A stretch of 64,000 nucleotides of DNA. It comes from Saccostrea cucullata (lineage: Eukaryota). The position numbers were made by a program, and so were the translations under genes. Shown in pieces: positions 12,369-26,158 of the stretch; position 1 is the first letter of the stretch; each line of letters starts with the position of its first letter. The stretch is taken from assembly GCF_032062105.1 (NCBI RefSeq), contig NW_026928122.1, positions 186,001 to 250,000 on the forward strand, written 5' to 3'. The notes beneath the pieces were generated by a model. It worked only from the letters and a program-made list of their open reading frames with translations. It searched no databases and was not told the DNA's origin.

Positions 12369-15300
12369 ATGCCTCCAACGGTTTCTGATTCCAAATCTGT
12401 AGGGAATACAGGTTTGTATATTTTAAAAATACAAATATAATATTTTCCCGTACTTTGTTTAACAACAAAAAAGTTGTCGCCCTTTTTTTCAGACGACGCA
12501 AATCTTAATGTAAAGTGCTTGAGGGTGTCATACTTTCTGTTTTTAGATTAATGTGTGTTTCATATGTGTTCATATTCAAACAAGAGTTTCAGAGTTGCTA
12601 GTAAAAGAATTATTTGCTGACTGATTATTTATTTTCAAGTGATGGAAAAAATAGAGAAGACTCTAAAGGAGCGGATCATGATATTTGATGGTGGTATGGG
12701 AACGATGATTCAGATGCATCGCCTCGAGGAAGAAGACTTCAGAGGAGAAGAGTTCAAAGATCATCCTAAAAGTCTTAAGGGGAATAATGATATACTTGTT
12801 CTAACTCAGCCCAAAATTATATTGGATATTCATAAGGTTTATATTTATTTGTAACCATTTCTTGTATAATAGTAAGAAGCATTACATGAAGTTAATGTTT
12901 TAAAATCCTATAGGTAACCAATAGGAGGAAAACTGCAGTTGTTCAACATAACAAACACTCTAAGCTGCATCTGCCATGTAGAAAATAAAAAAAAAGAATT
13001 ATTACATTTAAATAAAGTTCCTGTTCAAATGTTGTTGGATCAGTGTTATATCACTCTAGACTTGACTATTTATTCTTTAAATATCTTTATATTAATTCTT
13101 TAATATAAATTAAAAGATTTACCCCCCCCCCCCCACCACCACCACCATTTTTACTATTTACTCTTTTCCTCTTTAGGATTATTTAGAAGCTGGTGCAGAT
13201 TTTGTGGAAACAAATACATTTAGTGGGACCAGGATTGCTCAGGCTGACTATGGAACAGAACACTTGGTATTATTTAATTATTAAGAAATGAAAAATTGTG
13301 TTTTTAACAACCTTTATTTTGCAAACTCCATATTTTGCTTTTTTCCAGACATACAGATTAAACTTTGAAGCTGCAAAAATTGCAAAGCAGGCAGCAGAAG
13401 AGGTTTCAAATAAAACAGGTCGGGATACACACCATAACCACCCCTCCTCATAACAAAAAATAAATGCAACGAAAAAAATCACATTATAATTATATGCTAT
13501 ATATATATATGAGACTTAAACCATGAATAAATATTTTATGTATATGTGTTTACCCACATAATTATTTCAGTAAATCATTTAAAATGTTGAAATTTTTGTT
13601 TGCACAGGCATTCCAAAATATGTAGCTGGTGCAATGGGTCCAACAAACAGAACACTGTCAATATCTCCCTCTGTGGAGAAACCAGAGTATAGGAACATCA
13701 GTAAGTGACCATCTCATTAATCGCCATAGCTACATTAACTTATAATAATTTTCTTCTCAGGCTTTATCATTTAAATTAAAATTTGTCAGTGATACATTAA
13801 CTTATAATAATTTTCTTCTTAGGCTTTTATCATTTTAAATTTATCAGTGACAAATACTTTCACCTCAGAGCTCTCAATTTATCCATGTTATCCAATCATC
13901 TTGGAGTAAGATGAGAAATGTCATCTTCACTAGCCTTATTATAGGGATTAAAATCTGCTTCTCTTCTCTCTGTGTTCAAGAGGAGTGGAGCGGATCATAA
14001 ACCCTTGGCTAGCGAAAATGGAGAAAGGTGAAACTTATCTTATTTGTGCAAGACTTATTTATTTTATTCCTATTCAAACCATTTCTTCGTCAGCTTTTGA
14101 TGAACTGGTTGAAGCATACACAGAACAAGCCAAGGGACTGATAGAAGGAGGGGCTGATGTGTTACTGGTGGAGACAATTTTCGACACAGCAAATTCCAAG
14201 GCAGCACTGTTTGCCATTGAAGAACTGTTTCAGAAAGAGAACTTTGAGTGTCCCGTGTTTGTGTCTGGAACAATTGTAGACAAGAGTGGTAGAACTCTAT
14301 CAGGCCAGACCACAGAGGCTTTCATTATCAGTGTGTCTCATGCAAATCCTATGTGGTATGTAGATTCAGTCCTCTACTGAAGAAAATATGCTGTGGACTC
14401 ATGACCTTATTGACAATAATAAATTACATTAAATATATCATCTACTTGTTTGGAACCATGACTTATTTTGCTGAAAAATGATATATAAGTGGAAAGTCCT
14501 TTAAATATGATCTTTGATTTAGTTGATTTGACAAATATGTTTGAGCTTAATTGCTTGAATGTAGTCTGTCAATTTCTACAGTTGATATTTCCTATGACAC
14601 TGTTCTTCTGTTTTCAGTATTGGATTAAATTGTGCGTTAGGTGCCAATGAGATGAGGCCTTTCATTGAGGCAGTCAGTAAAAATACAACAGCATACACAA
14701 TATGCTATCCAAATGCAGGTTTGATTTCACATCATTATTTTTCAGTACTCTTTGCTAATCTGCTGTAATTTTCCAGAGATGTGGAAAAAGAAATTCCAAG
14801 AAACAAAACTTATATGATATTTTACATTTTACAGGATTACCAAATACATTTGGAGATTATGATGAAACCCCAGAGAGCATGAGTGAACAACTTTCAGTAA
14901 GGCTAATAACAGTGTACAATGGTTGCAGAGTGCAAAATTTTTTGCAGAGTCTTTGCATGCAAAGTCAAAAAAATTCATGGAAAGAAATATTGTACAAATA
15001 TTAATACAGCTGATCTTCGGTAATTCTTATATTAATATGATCTAGATTATGATTTACATATGAAAGTCGGATGAAGCCCAATCCACTTTTAGTTTTTTTT
15101 ATCTCCAATATCTTTAATCCTCTTGAATTCAATTATTTTTCTTGACCAATCCAATCAGAAATAATGAGGTTTGATTGTAGTTATATAGTTTTGTTATTTG
15201 AGTCTTGCTGTGTATTTTTCAGAGTTTTGCCCAGGCTGGCCTGCTGAACATTGTAGGTGGGTGTTGTGGGACCACACCCGAACACATTAGGTAAGTGAAT

Positions 15301-18300
15301 TAGAATGTCAGTGGTTTCTCACTCTTTGCAGAGTTCTTAATTGTTTAATAGTTTGAATTTTTCTATATGCATTACAAGTGATTTAACTTGGATGTGATTT
15401 ATGTACAGTAATTAAAGGCATATTATTTCTCCTATTGAGTACTCCAACATTTTAAAATACATGTTGTTTTGTACACATTGATCATCCATTAGTATGTTGC
15501 AGTTCTTTCCCTTTGATAGAATACATGTACATAGTATTTAATTTTTCTTTCAGAGCAATAGCAGAAGGGGTTTCTCAGTTCAAACCAAGAATTCCACCAC
15601 AGGAGCTTAGAAAAGACTTCATGATGCTCTCAGGTAACATTAAATTTTGTAGGCTATTCAATTTCATACAAAACACAAAGAAAATACTTTCAGTCAGAAT
15701 ACGAAATACTTTTAAGCCTGTAGGCCTACATACAATTTTTTTTTAAATAATGAAGGAGGTACATGTATTTCATTGTAATATTTTGCATATGAAGTATTCA
15801 GAATAATTTTCTCTTGTTCCTCAGGTCTTGAGCCGACATATATAGGGCCATACACTAACTTTGTGAATATTGGGGAGAGATGTAATGTGGCAGGATCTCG
15901 AAAGTTTGCCAAACTTATTAAAAATGGAGAGTACGAGGTAAGAAAAAAATCCCAGGCTTCTGATAAAGATGTCTTCATGTTATCAAGGATTATTCATGCA
16001 TAGACATTATAAATTGAACATGATTGTATTTCGATTAGCTTTTTAAAAACTTTTGCATTGTACAAACAGTACATTTGTATAAAGATGTACCATTGACATT
16101 TTGATTCCCTTATGTGTATTAACTTTATTTTTTGTAACACTTGTTTAAAAATATAAGATATATCCTAAATGTATATTTGTAATCTTGAGATACCTTAACC
16201 TAGAGCTGTTACTACTTTACAGGAAGCCTTAAGTATTGCAAAAACTCAGGTAGAAAATGGAGCCCAAGTCCTGGATATCAACATGGATGAAGGGATGTTA
16301 GATGGAGTGGCATGCATGTCCAAATTTACCAATCTCATTGCTTCAGAACCAGAAATCTCAAAGGTTTGTGACCCATCAAAAAAGTGTAAAATCATTTAAT
16401 GGTCAATATCAGAACCTAAAATCTTTAAGGTGTGCAATTCATCAAATTTTCCAATCTCTCTGCTTCACATCCAAAAAGCTCAACAAAAGTATAAAATTCA
16501 TTTAATGCTCAATATCAAAACCAGAAATCTTAAAGGTTTGCTGAAAACCTATTATTATGTAATGATCAGTATCCTGATAATTTTGATTTACATGTATCTG
16601 CAGGAAGGACAACATATTTTCTATATGAAGAATTGTTGAATATTTTATTGCATAATTTCGTGTGTGTTATTTCTTAACAGGTGCCCCTCTGTATAGATTC
16701 CTCAAACTTTGCTGTGATAGAAGCAGGACTGAAATGCACTCAGGGAAAATGCATTGTAAACAGTATTAGCTTGAAAGAAGGAGAGGAGGACTTTATAGAA
16801 AAGGCCAGGAAGATCAAACTTTATGGTGGTGCTGTTGTAATTATGGCATTTGATGAGCAAGGACAAGTGAGTACCATGAAAAGTATAATATCAAAAAATA
16901 AAATCCTGCATTTACTTGTGATTTTAGAAAAAAAAATCAAACAAAATATTTTTCTTCCACTGTAAAGGCAGCAGACAGGAAAAGGAAGTACGAAATTTGT
17001 GCGAGGTCCTACAGAATACTTGTGGACAAAGTGAAGTTTAACCCTAATGACATAATATTTGACCCAAATATCCTCACCATAGCAACAGGAATCGAAGAAC
17101 ACAACACATATGGAGTAGATTTCATCATGGCAACCAAAGACATCAAGGTTGTACTAAAATATGAGTATAAGGCCATACTTAAAAATTTGTTTGTTTGGAA
17201 TTGCCGCCTGAAGGGTTTCAGACACAGGAGGGAGGGAGGGAAATTAATTTTTTTTTTTAATTGAAAACTAATTTTACATAGATCTGACACTATATTTCAA
17301 TGTTTTGTATGGTGCATGTGATACAGGTAATGGGCCAAAAAAAATGATTAAATAAAAAAAAATCTTCCTACTTTTGGTCAATAAAATTTTTTCAGGAGGG
17401 GGCATTTCAATGAGGCGGGAGGCAATTCCAAACAAACAATAATTTTATATTGGCCCAAGTTGCTCACAAGTTATTTGAAATGAGCAGCTTTGCCAGGTGT
17501 TATGCTTAATTAAGTAAATCTGATAATTAATTTTCCTTTTCATTATTTTATAGCTGATTAACAAAATAACCTTGACCTTTTAAATAATTTAAGAGAATTC
17601 CTATTTTAGGAGAATTTACCAGGGGCCAGAGTTAGTGGAGGTGTGTCTAATTTCTCATTTTCCTTTCGTGGAATGGATGCTGTTCGAGAGGCCATGCATA
17701 GTGTGTTCCTTTATCATGCAATCAAGGTATTCAGAAGGTTCTTGGTAGCTAGCTGTAGTCAAGAAATTTTGGAATTTTAATGTTAGACTTCAAAAATAAT
17801 TAAAAACAAATTGGAAGATTTTTATTAATTATTACTTGAGCCATATATATCAGTAAAGATCTTCAGCTCACAAGCTGTTTACGAACCATTTTGAAAGTTA
17901 TATAACAGGGGAAAAACTCCTGTTGAACACAATTCTTTTAATTGTATATATGCTAAACACAGCCACAATTAATTACATTTATTCTAGTAGTAGAATGTTT
18001 CCGAGTCAAAATGGGCTATATACTGATAGAATATTTTTCATAATTAGACCAAATGATTTTCCTCTGAGAATATCAGAAAATCACTAATTAACAAAAAGTA
18101 ATCGGTGATATTAGGTGAAGCCTCAGTTTTCATTTATTATCTGGCTCCTAATGGTACATGTGTATATTTAGAATGGAATGGACATGGGTATTGTGAATGC
18201 TGGATGTCTGCCCGTTTATGATGATATTGAGCCCAAGCTTCTGGAACTATCTGAAAATTTGCTGTGGAACAAAGATCCAGATGGGACAGAAAAACTGCTA

Positions 18301-21300
18301 GCATATGCTCAGGTGAAATTTTGTAATAATTCTTGGCTGAAAAGCATGTGTTAAGGGTAAAATCAATTTGTATCTTTTAGGTGAATTAGTGTAGTCAACA
18401 TAATTTCAAAGTTTATAATACAGTATAAGTAGAATTTTTAGCGAGGATTTAATTTTGGCATTATTAGCGAGGGTGTCGAGATCGCTGAAATTGAATATCG
18501 CTAAAAATTAATTGCGTTTTATTTGTAATAGATTCTTTAATGTGCATTTTAAAATCACTAAAATAACATCTCGCTAAAAATAAAATACCAGTTTTGAAGG
18601 ACAAATTGCTAAATTTGCGTCTCGCTAAATTTTCCACTTGTATGGTAATAATGAATTTTAGTCAACTTTTCTCTTTTGCAGTTTTGTGAACATTGTCAAC
18701 TTTAATGTCTTCTTAAAAATTATTTTGAAAAATTATGAAATAAAATTATGATCTTAAATTGTACCTGCAGAGTATGGGAAAAGATGCCAAGAAGGCAGCA
18801 GTGAGTGATGAATGGAGGAACAAAAATGTAGAGGAAAGACTGGAGTTTTCTCTTGTTAAGGTGATAAGATATTGTGTATATGTTTAATAAGAACAATGAT
18901 GAGTAGATATTAATTTTTGAGTTTGGCAATGAAACAAAGAATATTAATGCAACTGAATTTCTAATTCCCTGATTCAGTAAATTACACAGAAATAAAAATT
19001 TTGTTACATGTTGAGCACCACCGTATTTAAAATCCAGTATGTTCCTGTAGATCACTAAATTTTCGCGACACCTTATTTTCACAAGATAGTCTTTGACTCT
19101 TGATTAGCGAGACAATATTTTCACGAATTGTGGTTATTGTTCTATATAATCTTATGGAATACTATTACATGCGAGAATTAAATTTTCACGAGCACACTGT
19201 CTCGCGTAATTACCCGAAAAAGTTCTCGCGAATAAAAAGTGATTTAAGTATTTAAAGCCAGTGTTGATGCTTGTTTGTTTTAGCTTCAATTAAAATTATG
19301 ATAGGGGTATATTTGTACTCATTAGTGAGTATTACTGTCAATAGGGAATAGACAAGTATGTGATAGATGACACAGAGGAGGCCCGTCAGAACCAGGAATT
19401 GTACCCACGACCTTTGAACGTCATTGAAGGACCGCTGATGAAGGGAATGAGTGTGGTGGGGGATCTATTTGGGGCAGGGAAAATGTTTTTACCCCAGGTG
19501 ATCAAATCTGCCCGTGTCATGAAGAAAGCTGTGGGTCATTTGATTCCTTTCATGGAAAAGGAAAAAGAGGAGCGAATGAAAAAGACTGGAGCTGTGGTGA
19601 GTTTTTATGTCCCAGGAAAGTTGCAGTTAAACCTTGTTATTTCAAACATAGATATCTGAAATATAGATTTGTTGGAGTGAGTTAGAAGTAAACACCCTGT
19701 TTATGTATTGTAATCTCAATGAAACACATTATTGTTCCTGGATAATCTCTGACTACCTATAATTCACCCATAATAACACGTATATAAACACCTATTTCTA
19801 TATTTTAAAATGTGTTGTTCATCATCAACTTAGGGTTCCAAACTTTGTATTCACAAGTTTTAAATGATGTGTTTTTTCCCTGTGAACTGCAACAGTAATG
19901 TATATTCTGGCATTTCATTGTTTTGAATAGGAAAGTGGATATTCTGGAGTTATTGTCCTGGCAACAGTAAAAGGAGATGTCCACGACATTGGCAAGAATA
20001 TTGTGGGAGTTGTTTTGGCTTGTAACAATTTCAAGAAATATAAGAAAATTCTTTTGGTTTTGCATATAGCCATTATTACTTTAACTTATGTTAATTTGTC
20101 ATTGGTGTGCATCAAAATTCATGTTTATATATAATTTTTCTCATCAAGAGTCATAGATCTGGGTGTAATGACACCATGTGAAAAGATTCTTCAGACAGCC
20201 ATGGAGGAAAATGCTGACCAAATTTACATAGAAATATATAGGAAAATTCAAAAATCTTCTTTCAAGAATGACCAAGCCATAATTACATATTTATATGGAA
20301 CCATCCTGATAGTGTAGATTGATTTTATGATAGGGCGGGGCCAAAATGGCTTCAAAGTTTTACATAGAAATATATAGGAAAATTCTTTAAAAATCTTCTT
20401 CTCAAGAATGACCAAGCCATAATTCATCATATTAATATGAAAGCATCCTCAGGTAGTGATATTGAGTTTGTTAAATCCAGGGCGGGGCCAAAAAAAAGTT
20501 TTACATAGAAATATATAGGAAAATTCTTTAAAAATCTTCTTCTCAAGAATGACCAAGCCATAATTCATCATATTTATATGGAAGCATCCTCAGGTAGTGT
20601 AGATTCAAGTTTGTTAAAGTCACCCCCGGGGGTAAAAAATGATCAAAGTTTTACATAGAAATATATAGGAAAATTCTTTAAAAATCTTCTTCTCAAGAAT
20701 GACCAAGCCATAATTCATCATATTTATTGTGTCATTACTCAAGTTTGAAACAAGGATGACAACAAATTTACATAGAAATATATAGGAAAATTCTTTAAAA
20801 AGCAGGGATAGAAAAGAGGTGTTCATGGGCCTATCTTGGATTTTACCTTTTTAATAAACCAATTTTACAAATATATACAGTGCTATGGGTGTGTGCTGTT
20901 TTCTTAAACCCAGTGAATTACAGATAATGAGGTTTGACTGTGTATAATACTTGTTAATTATTTTGATAAAACCTGTTGGTTGTCTTTCTGACAAGTTATC
21001 ATTAGAATTTGGTCACTCTCAAAACTTGTGTGTATGAACATAATTGTTCATTGACAATCTCAGATTGAGCACCTTTTATGCAGTAGCATGATTAGAGACT
21101 TTCCTTAGTTAAATAAGATGTGTTTTTCTACATGAATCCTGGCATATATGTTTTGAATAGGAAAGTGGATATTCTGGAGTCATCGTCTTGGCAACAGTAA
21201 AAGGAGATGTCCACGACATTGGCAAGAATATTGTGGGGGTTGTTTTGGCTTGTAACAATTTCAAGTAAGTCTTTTGGATTTGCATATAAATTAATTCCTA

Positions 21301-24300
21301 AGCATGATGCTAATTTAAAAAAAAGTGTCTTTGGTGTGTAGTAATTCATGTTGATATTTTATTTTTTCATCAAGAGTCATAGATCTGGGAGTAATGACAC
21401 CATGTGAGAAGATTCTTCAGACAGCCATGGAGGAAAATGCAGGTGGGGATTATAAAAAGAATATTCAATAATAACGTTAAATTAATTAAATCAGTTGATT
21501 TCATGTTGATTATATTATTTTTATAAATATTTGATACATCTGTATTTATTTATTATACCCTGTGTTCACTTTTACATTTATCCTTAAAACAATAATTGTT
21601 TCTTGTACATGGAAATAATTTAAAAGTGGTTGTCAAGGTTTTTGAATTTTTTTTACATAACATTACCTTGACTTGTTTCAGACATCATTGGTTTGTCTGG
21701 ACTCATCACCCCCTCCCTAGATGAAATGATTTACGTTGCCAAGGAGATGGAGAGGATTGGAATGAAGGTCCCCCTTCTGATTGGTGGAGCCACTACCTCA
21801 AAGTACGTATTGCCAATCACTTGAATAAATATTGTTTAATACCCTGTAAAGAATAACCAATGATAAAATAATCTTGCGAAGATTATTCACACAAATTTAG
21901 AGAAAAAAATTGGCATTAAAAAACTGAAGGTATGAAATTTTAAAAAGGCAATTTTATTGAAAATGTGCCTGTATGTTCTGTGGTCATATTATTTATAATC
22001 TGATCAATAATTGAAAATCTGTAGAAAAATTTTTTCTTTGTTTACTTTAGGACCCACACAGCAGTTAAGATAGCCCCAAGATACAAGTCACCCACCATTC
22101 ATGTATTGGATGCCTCCAAAAGTGTGGTGGTGGTCATGTATTGGATGTTTTTTATCCCCTCCAAAAGTGTGGAATGTAATTTTCCTGTGGGGGTGTGAGT
22201 GAGTGTGAGCATAACAGAAGCTGCCCAAACAATTATATTTTTTTGGATTGAAGAAATAAAAATTTTATTTATATTGTGTATACTATTCATATAGTGTATT
22301 AAAGTGGACAAAAGATGGGAAAATCCATCTCTCATTTGTAATTAGATTCACTTTATGGATATTAGATCAAGAATTAGCAGATAAATTTCATATGCAAAAT
22401 GTAAAATTAATCTTGTAAATGTTGAAAAAATAACCTTTAAGTGTTAAATGATGTCACTTTTTTATCAGTGTTCACAACTACTTGATGAGGAAAACAAAGA
22501 TGACTATATAGATGAAGTGTCCGAGGATTATGAGGAAATCAGGACAGATCATTACAGTGGCCTTAAAGTAAAGTAAGAAAATACAAAATTGTATCAAAGA
22601 AATTATACAAGAAGAAAATCACAAATTACAAGACTATTTCAAAATTAAATGGAATGTAAATGTAAAAGCTTAATTTGGATTCTCTTATATTCAAATTGGA
22701 TCATTGTTAAAATTGATTGATTGATTGTATATTGTTGGTCCCTCTCTAATTTTTTCATTACTTGCCTATAATATGTAACTCGGCACTGAGGGCCATTGAG
22801 CAGGTGGTCTTCTTTGAGCATTTCTCGGTTTAATGTTTATATGGATTCTCCCACAGTGGGATTCGAACCTGCAATGTAAGGATCAACTCCTTCCTTCGTG
22901 AATCTAGAGCAGACGCTCTTACCACTGCGCCACGCAGCCGACTTGTTAAAATTGATCTGGATAACAAAAAACAAGTCCATAGTTAAATTTTGTAGGTCAT
23001 TCTGTTAAAAGAAATGGATTGTAATAGATATATAGATATAATATAGCATCGGAAGAAGAGGTTTAGAATTCTATGAAAGAACACTCCTAAGACATTTAAT
23101 TATTTACAGCAATTATTGAATGCCATGTTTCTCATTTCAGGACAGAAAATATTTGTCAATTGAAAAGGCCAGAGAGAAGAAGCTCTCTATAGACTGGACC
23201 ATATCTCCACCAGGTTTGTTTGTTTGTTAAGTTTGTTTGTTTATTTTGATTCTTTTTGCTTGTTGTTCAGTAACATTGTTTCAATAATGTTGGGAACAGC
23301 TAACTCAATTTTAACAAAAATTATTCAATAAATGCAATCCTGGCTCTGGGACCCTGAAATATAGACAAGTGCACTTTTGATGTCAGTCTCACTTTTCACT
23401 ATTAATTCCTCATTAGACTTTGTTTGAAATAAGTTTAAGTTTATGGCCTCAGAGCCCTGTTTTAAAAAAAAAAACGATGTTCATACATGAAGTTTATTTT
23501 ATTGTTTTCACAATATTTCTTGAAAACAATTGTCTAACAATTCTACAAATTAAAATGTGACCCAGGAAATTTGACTCTTGCTTACATGTACATTTAACTC
23601 TTAAGAAATGGATAATTAGTTTAGGTTGTATATAAAATTAGACTTTGATATTCTCCCTATTCAGCTCCACAACCCACTGTAATAGGCGTAAAAACATACG
23701 AGAATTACGACCTATCTCGCCTGATTCCATACATTGACTGGAAACCTTTCTTTGATGTATGGCAGCTCAGAGGGAAATACCCCAACAGAGGGTATCCCAA
23801 GATATTCAAGGACAAAACTGTGGGTAAGAGTTTATTGCACAGTTCAGTTCATTAAAAAAATGTAAGCTAATATTTTAAATGTATGCAATAGTTTGTACAT
23901 GGATAAACTAATTATCAGTTGTAATATATTTAATAAGTTGATAAATCATTAGATAAAATATTCTGCCTTCTATAGGTCAGTATTTCATTCTTTCTGAAAA
24001 GATTATCATGCATAGTAAGCTTCATGATTGAAATGTGACATTTGATTTTGAAATGTCAGGTCCAGAGGCCAAGAGAGTTTACAATGATGCCCAGAACTTG
24101 CTGAAAACGATAACCACCACCAACAAGCTGCAGGCCCACGGTGTGGTGGCGTTCTACCCCGCCAATAGTGTGGGGGATGACATCGAGGTGTATAACAAGG
24201 ACGGGGAGGTGATAGAGGTCCTTCATGGACTCAGGCAACAGGTATAAGAACAAATACATCTATTGGGAACTTTTTTTTCTCCAAAGGAAAGACATTTTTA

Positions 24301-26158
24301 CTTTCGCATTTCTATGATTTTTATATTAATATGATCAGAGTTAACTTTTGGGACTTAAGTTAAACAGACATTGTTTCTATTTTGTTAATGTCATTTCCAT
24401 GTGGAATCAAATTGTACAATTACCTTTTTAATAAAAAAAAATTTTGTTTGAATTTTCAGGCAGAGAAAGAAGCAATGGACAAATCTCCATATTTATGTTT
24501 ATCAGACTTCATAGCTCCTAAGAGTTCTGGCAAGAAAGATCACATTGGCTTGTTTGCAGTGACTGCTGGTCATGGGGTGGATAAAATGTGCAAAATGTAA
24601 TTATTAGAATAATTTTTATGCCCCTTAGAAGAAGGGAGGGCATATTGCTTTGCTGCTGTCTGTTGGTCCATTTAGTTTCCGTTCATTTTCTTCACAACCC
24701 TTGCACATACTGAAATGAAATTTGGTATACAGGCATATCAGATAAATATCTAGGCCAAGTTTTGTTTTGTCATTTCCATTTTTGGAGTTATTCCCCTTGA
24801 ACATTGAAAAATTCCAGTTATTTTTTGTTAATTTTTTTTTGTTTGAAATTTTTACAGATTTATCAGGTAAATAAGCAATGGACAAATCTCCATTTTTATG
24901 TTTATCAGACTTAGAAAAATTCCAATTATTTGCAGTTTCCGTTCATTTTCTTAGCAACCATTGCACATACTGAAATGAAATTTGTATATAGATTTATCAG
25001 TAACTGCTGGTTCTGTTTTGGGGTGGCACCATTTTTAAAATGTCAGAAAAATGTAATTTAGGGGGTATAATTTTAAAAATGATATTTTTATTGTAAGAGT
25101 AGTTTAATAATTTTTTTATATGTTAGTTAACTTATGAGTTGTTGTCTTATTCCAGATATGAAGAGAAGTTTGATGACTATGGAATTATCATGGTCAAAGC
25201 TTTAGCTGACAGACTTGCAGAGGTAAGGTGCCATTGCATTGAGTCACAAATCATGAAAGATGTATATTTGATAGAGCAGAAATTGATGGCATATCAATTG
25301 TCTCAGCTACGTATTAATTCTTTTCATTCAGGCATTTGCTGAGGAGTTGCATGAGAGAGTGCGAAAAGAGATTTGGGGTTATGCATGTGAAGAGGTGTTA
25401 GAAGCCAACGATCTGCACAAAATTAAATATCAGGTATATTTTTTTTTGGCTTCAATTATCTATTGATATTGAAAATTCTGTTGAATTACATTATATGGTT
25501 ACTAGAATTCTCTACTGTATTCTAGAAACATATTTGGAAAACAAAAGTTTTCCAATAAAATAAATAATGAATATGTTTATAGCATTCATACTCTAAAGCT
25601 GTTTTCAAAATGTTTTCCCATGACCTCATGTACATATACGTGCATATTTTATTTGAAATGATTAGCTTTAGTGTCGAGTGAAAATTATTTCTTAATGACA
25701 GGGTATAAGACCAGCACCTGGTTACCCTAGCCAGCCTGATCACACAGAAAAGGAAGTGATGTGGCGCCTCCTAAAGGCTGACAAAGTGGGGATAACTCTG
25801 ACAGAATCCTTAGCAATGTTCCCTGCGGCTTCTGTGTCTGGATTATACTTTGCTCATCCAAAGTCAGAGTATTTTGCTACAGGAAAGTTGCAGAGGGACC
25901 AGGTGAGTTAATAAGTGGCCTCCTTATAAACCCTAGTACAAAAAAGTAAATTAAAAAAGTCATTGGTTGTAAAGCTAATCTTTTGGTTGCTGATATATAC
26001 CTGTATTAAGTAACAGGAAATTATTACACAATATATTACAAAACTAAATATATCGTTTTTTTTCTTTCCAGATTGTTGAATATTCATCAAGAAAGTCAGT
26101 GGATGTAGCAGTGACTGAAAAGTGGCTAAGCTCAGTGTTGGCTTATGATCCAGAATAA
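12369..26158 (+). CDS. MTR: Cobalamin-dependent methionine synthase (5-methyltetrahydrofolate-homocysteine methyltransferase), about 30 exons
   Basis: Exon 1 12369-12411, then [176 protein letters not shown]; last exon IVEYSSRK...AYDPE* ends at 26158. Confidence 0.97.
16330..16545 (+). repeat. Degenerate tandem copies of an MTR exon 3' end/donor region inside the following intron
   Basis: cagaaccagaaatctcaaaggtttg recurs as cagaacctaaaatctttaaggtgtg and caaaaccagaaatcttaaaggtttg. Confidence 0.55.
17170..17456. mobile_element. Short MITE with long imperfect TIRs in an MTR intron
   Basis: aggccatacttaaaaatttgtttgtttggaattgccgcct versus aggcgggaggcaattccaaacaaacaataattttatattggccc. Confidence 0.7.
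18421..18646. mobile_element. Short TA-flanked MITE with TTTAGCGA/TCGCTAAA internal repeats
   Basis: ta|cagtataagtagaatttttagcgag ... ctcgctaaatttccacttgtatgg|ta imperfect inverted ends. Confidence 0.65.
19044..19250. mobile_element. Degenerate short MITE (CTGTA...TTTCGCG type)
   Basis: ctgtagatcactaaattttcgcga ... ctcgcgaataaaaagtgattta imperfect inverted ends; repeated TTTTCACGA/CGCGA motifs. Confidence 0.5.
19920..20216 (+). pseudogene. Duplicate of two MTR exons (cobalamin-binding DVHDIG exon and next) lacking GT donors; intact copies at 21161-21263 and 21374-21442
   Basis: 19931-20033 and 20148-20215 match the downstream exons at the protein level, but their ends read TTCAA-gaaata and AATGC-tgacc instead of gtaagt/gtgggg. 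Confidence 0.7.
20218..20800. repeat. Tandem array of 4-5 copies of a roughly 140-bp satellite-like monomer (Helentron-associated type)
   Basis: ttttacatagaaatatataggaaaattctttaaaaatcttcttctcaagaatgaccaagccataattcatcat recurs near 20223, 20359, 20499, 20650 and 20767. Confidence 0.85.
22718..22942 (-). mobile_element. tRNA-derived SINE with (ATCA)n tail and 14-bp TSD
   Basis: On the minus strand: A-box TGGCGCAGTGG, B-box GGTTCGAATCCC, tail (ATCA)n. TSD TTGTTAAAATTGAT at 22704-22717 and 22943-22956. Confidence 0.85.
24612..25065 (+). mobile_element. HINE/Helentron-like non-autonomous element remnant intermixed with scrambled MTR exon sequence
   Basis: TTTTTATGCCCC...GGGCATA hairpin start followed by a GTCTGTTGGTCC microsatellite remnant, and two copies of agtttccgttcattttc...ttgcacatactgaaatgaaattt. 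Confidence 0.55.

Noticed and set aside
11936-12402. Three overlapping ORFs (64-118 aa) upstream of MTR
   Set aside because: They span the CpG-rich promoter, show no protein features, and the MTR ATG at 12369 splices correctly to exon 2.
22850-22942. tRNA-like A/B boxes
   Set aside because: Part of a SINE with tail and TSD, not a tRNA gene.
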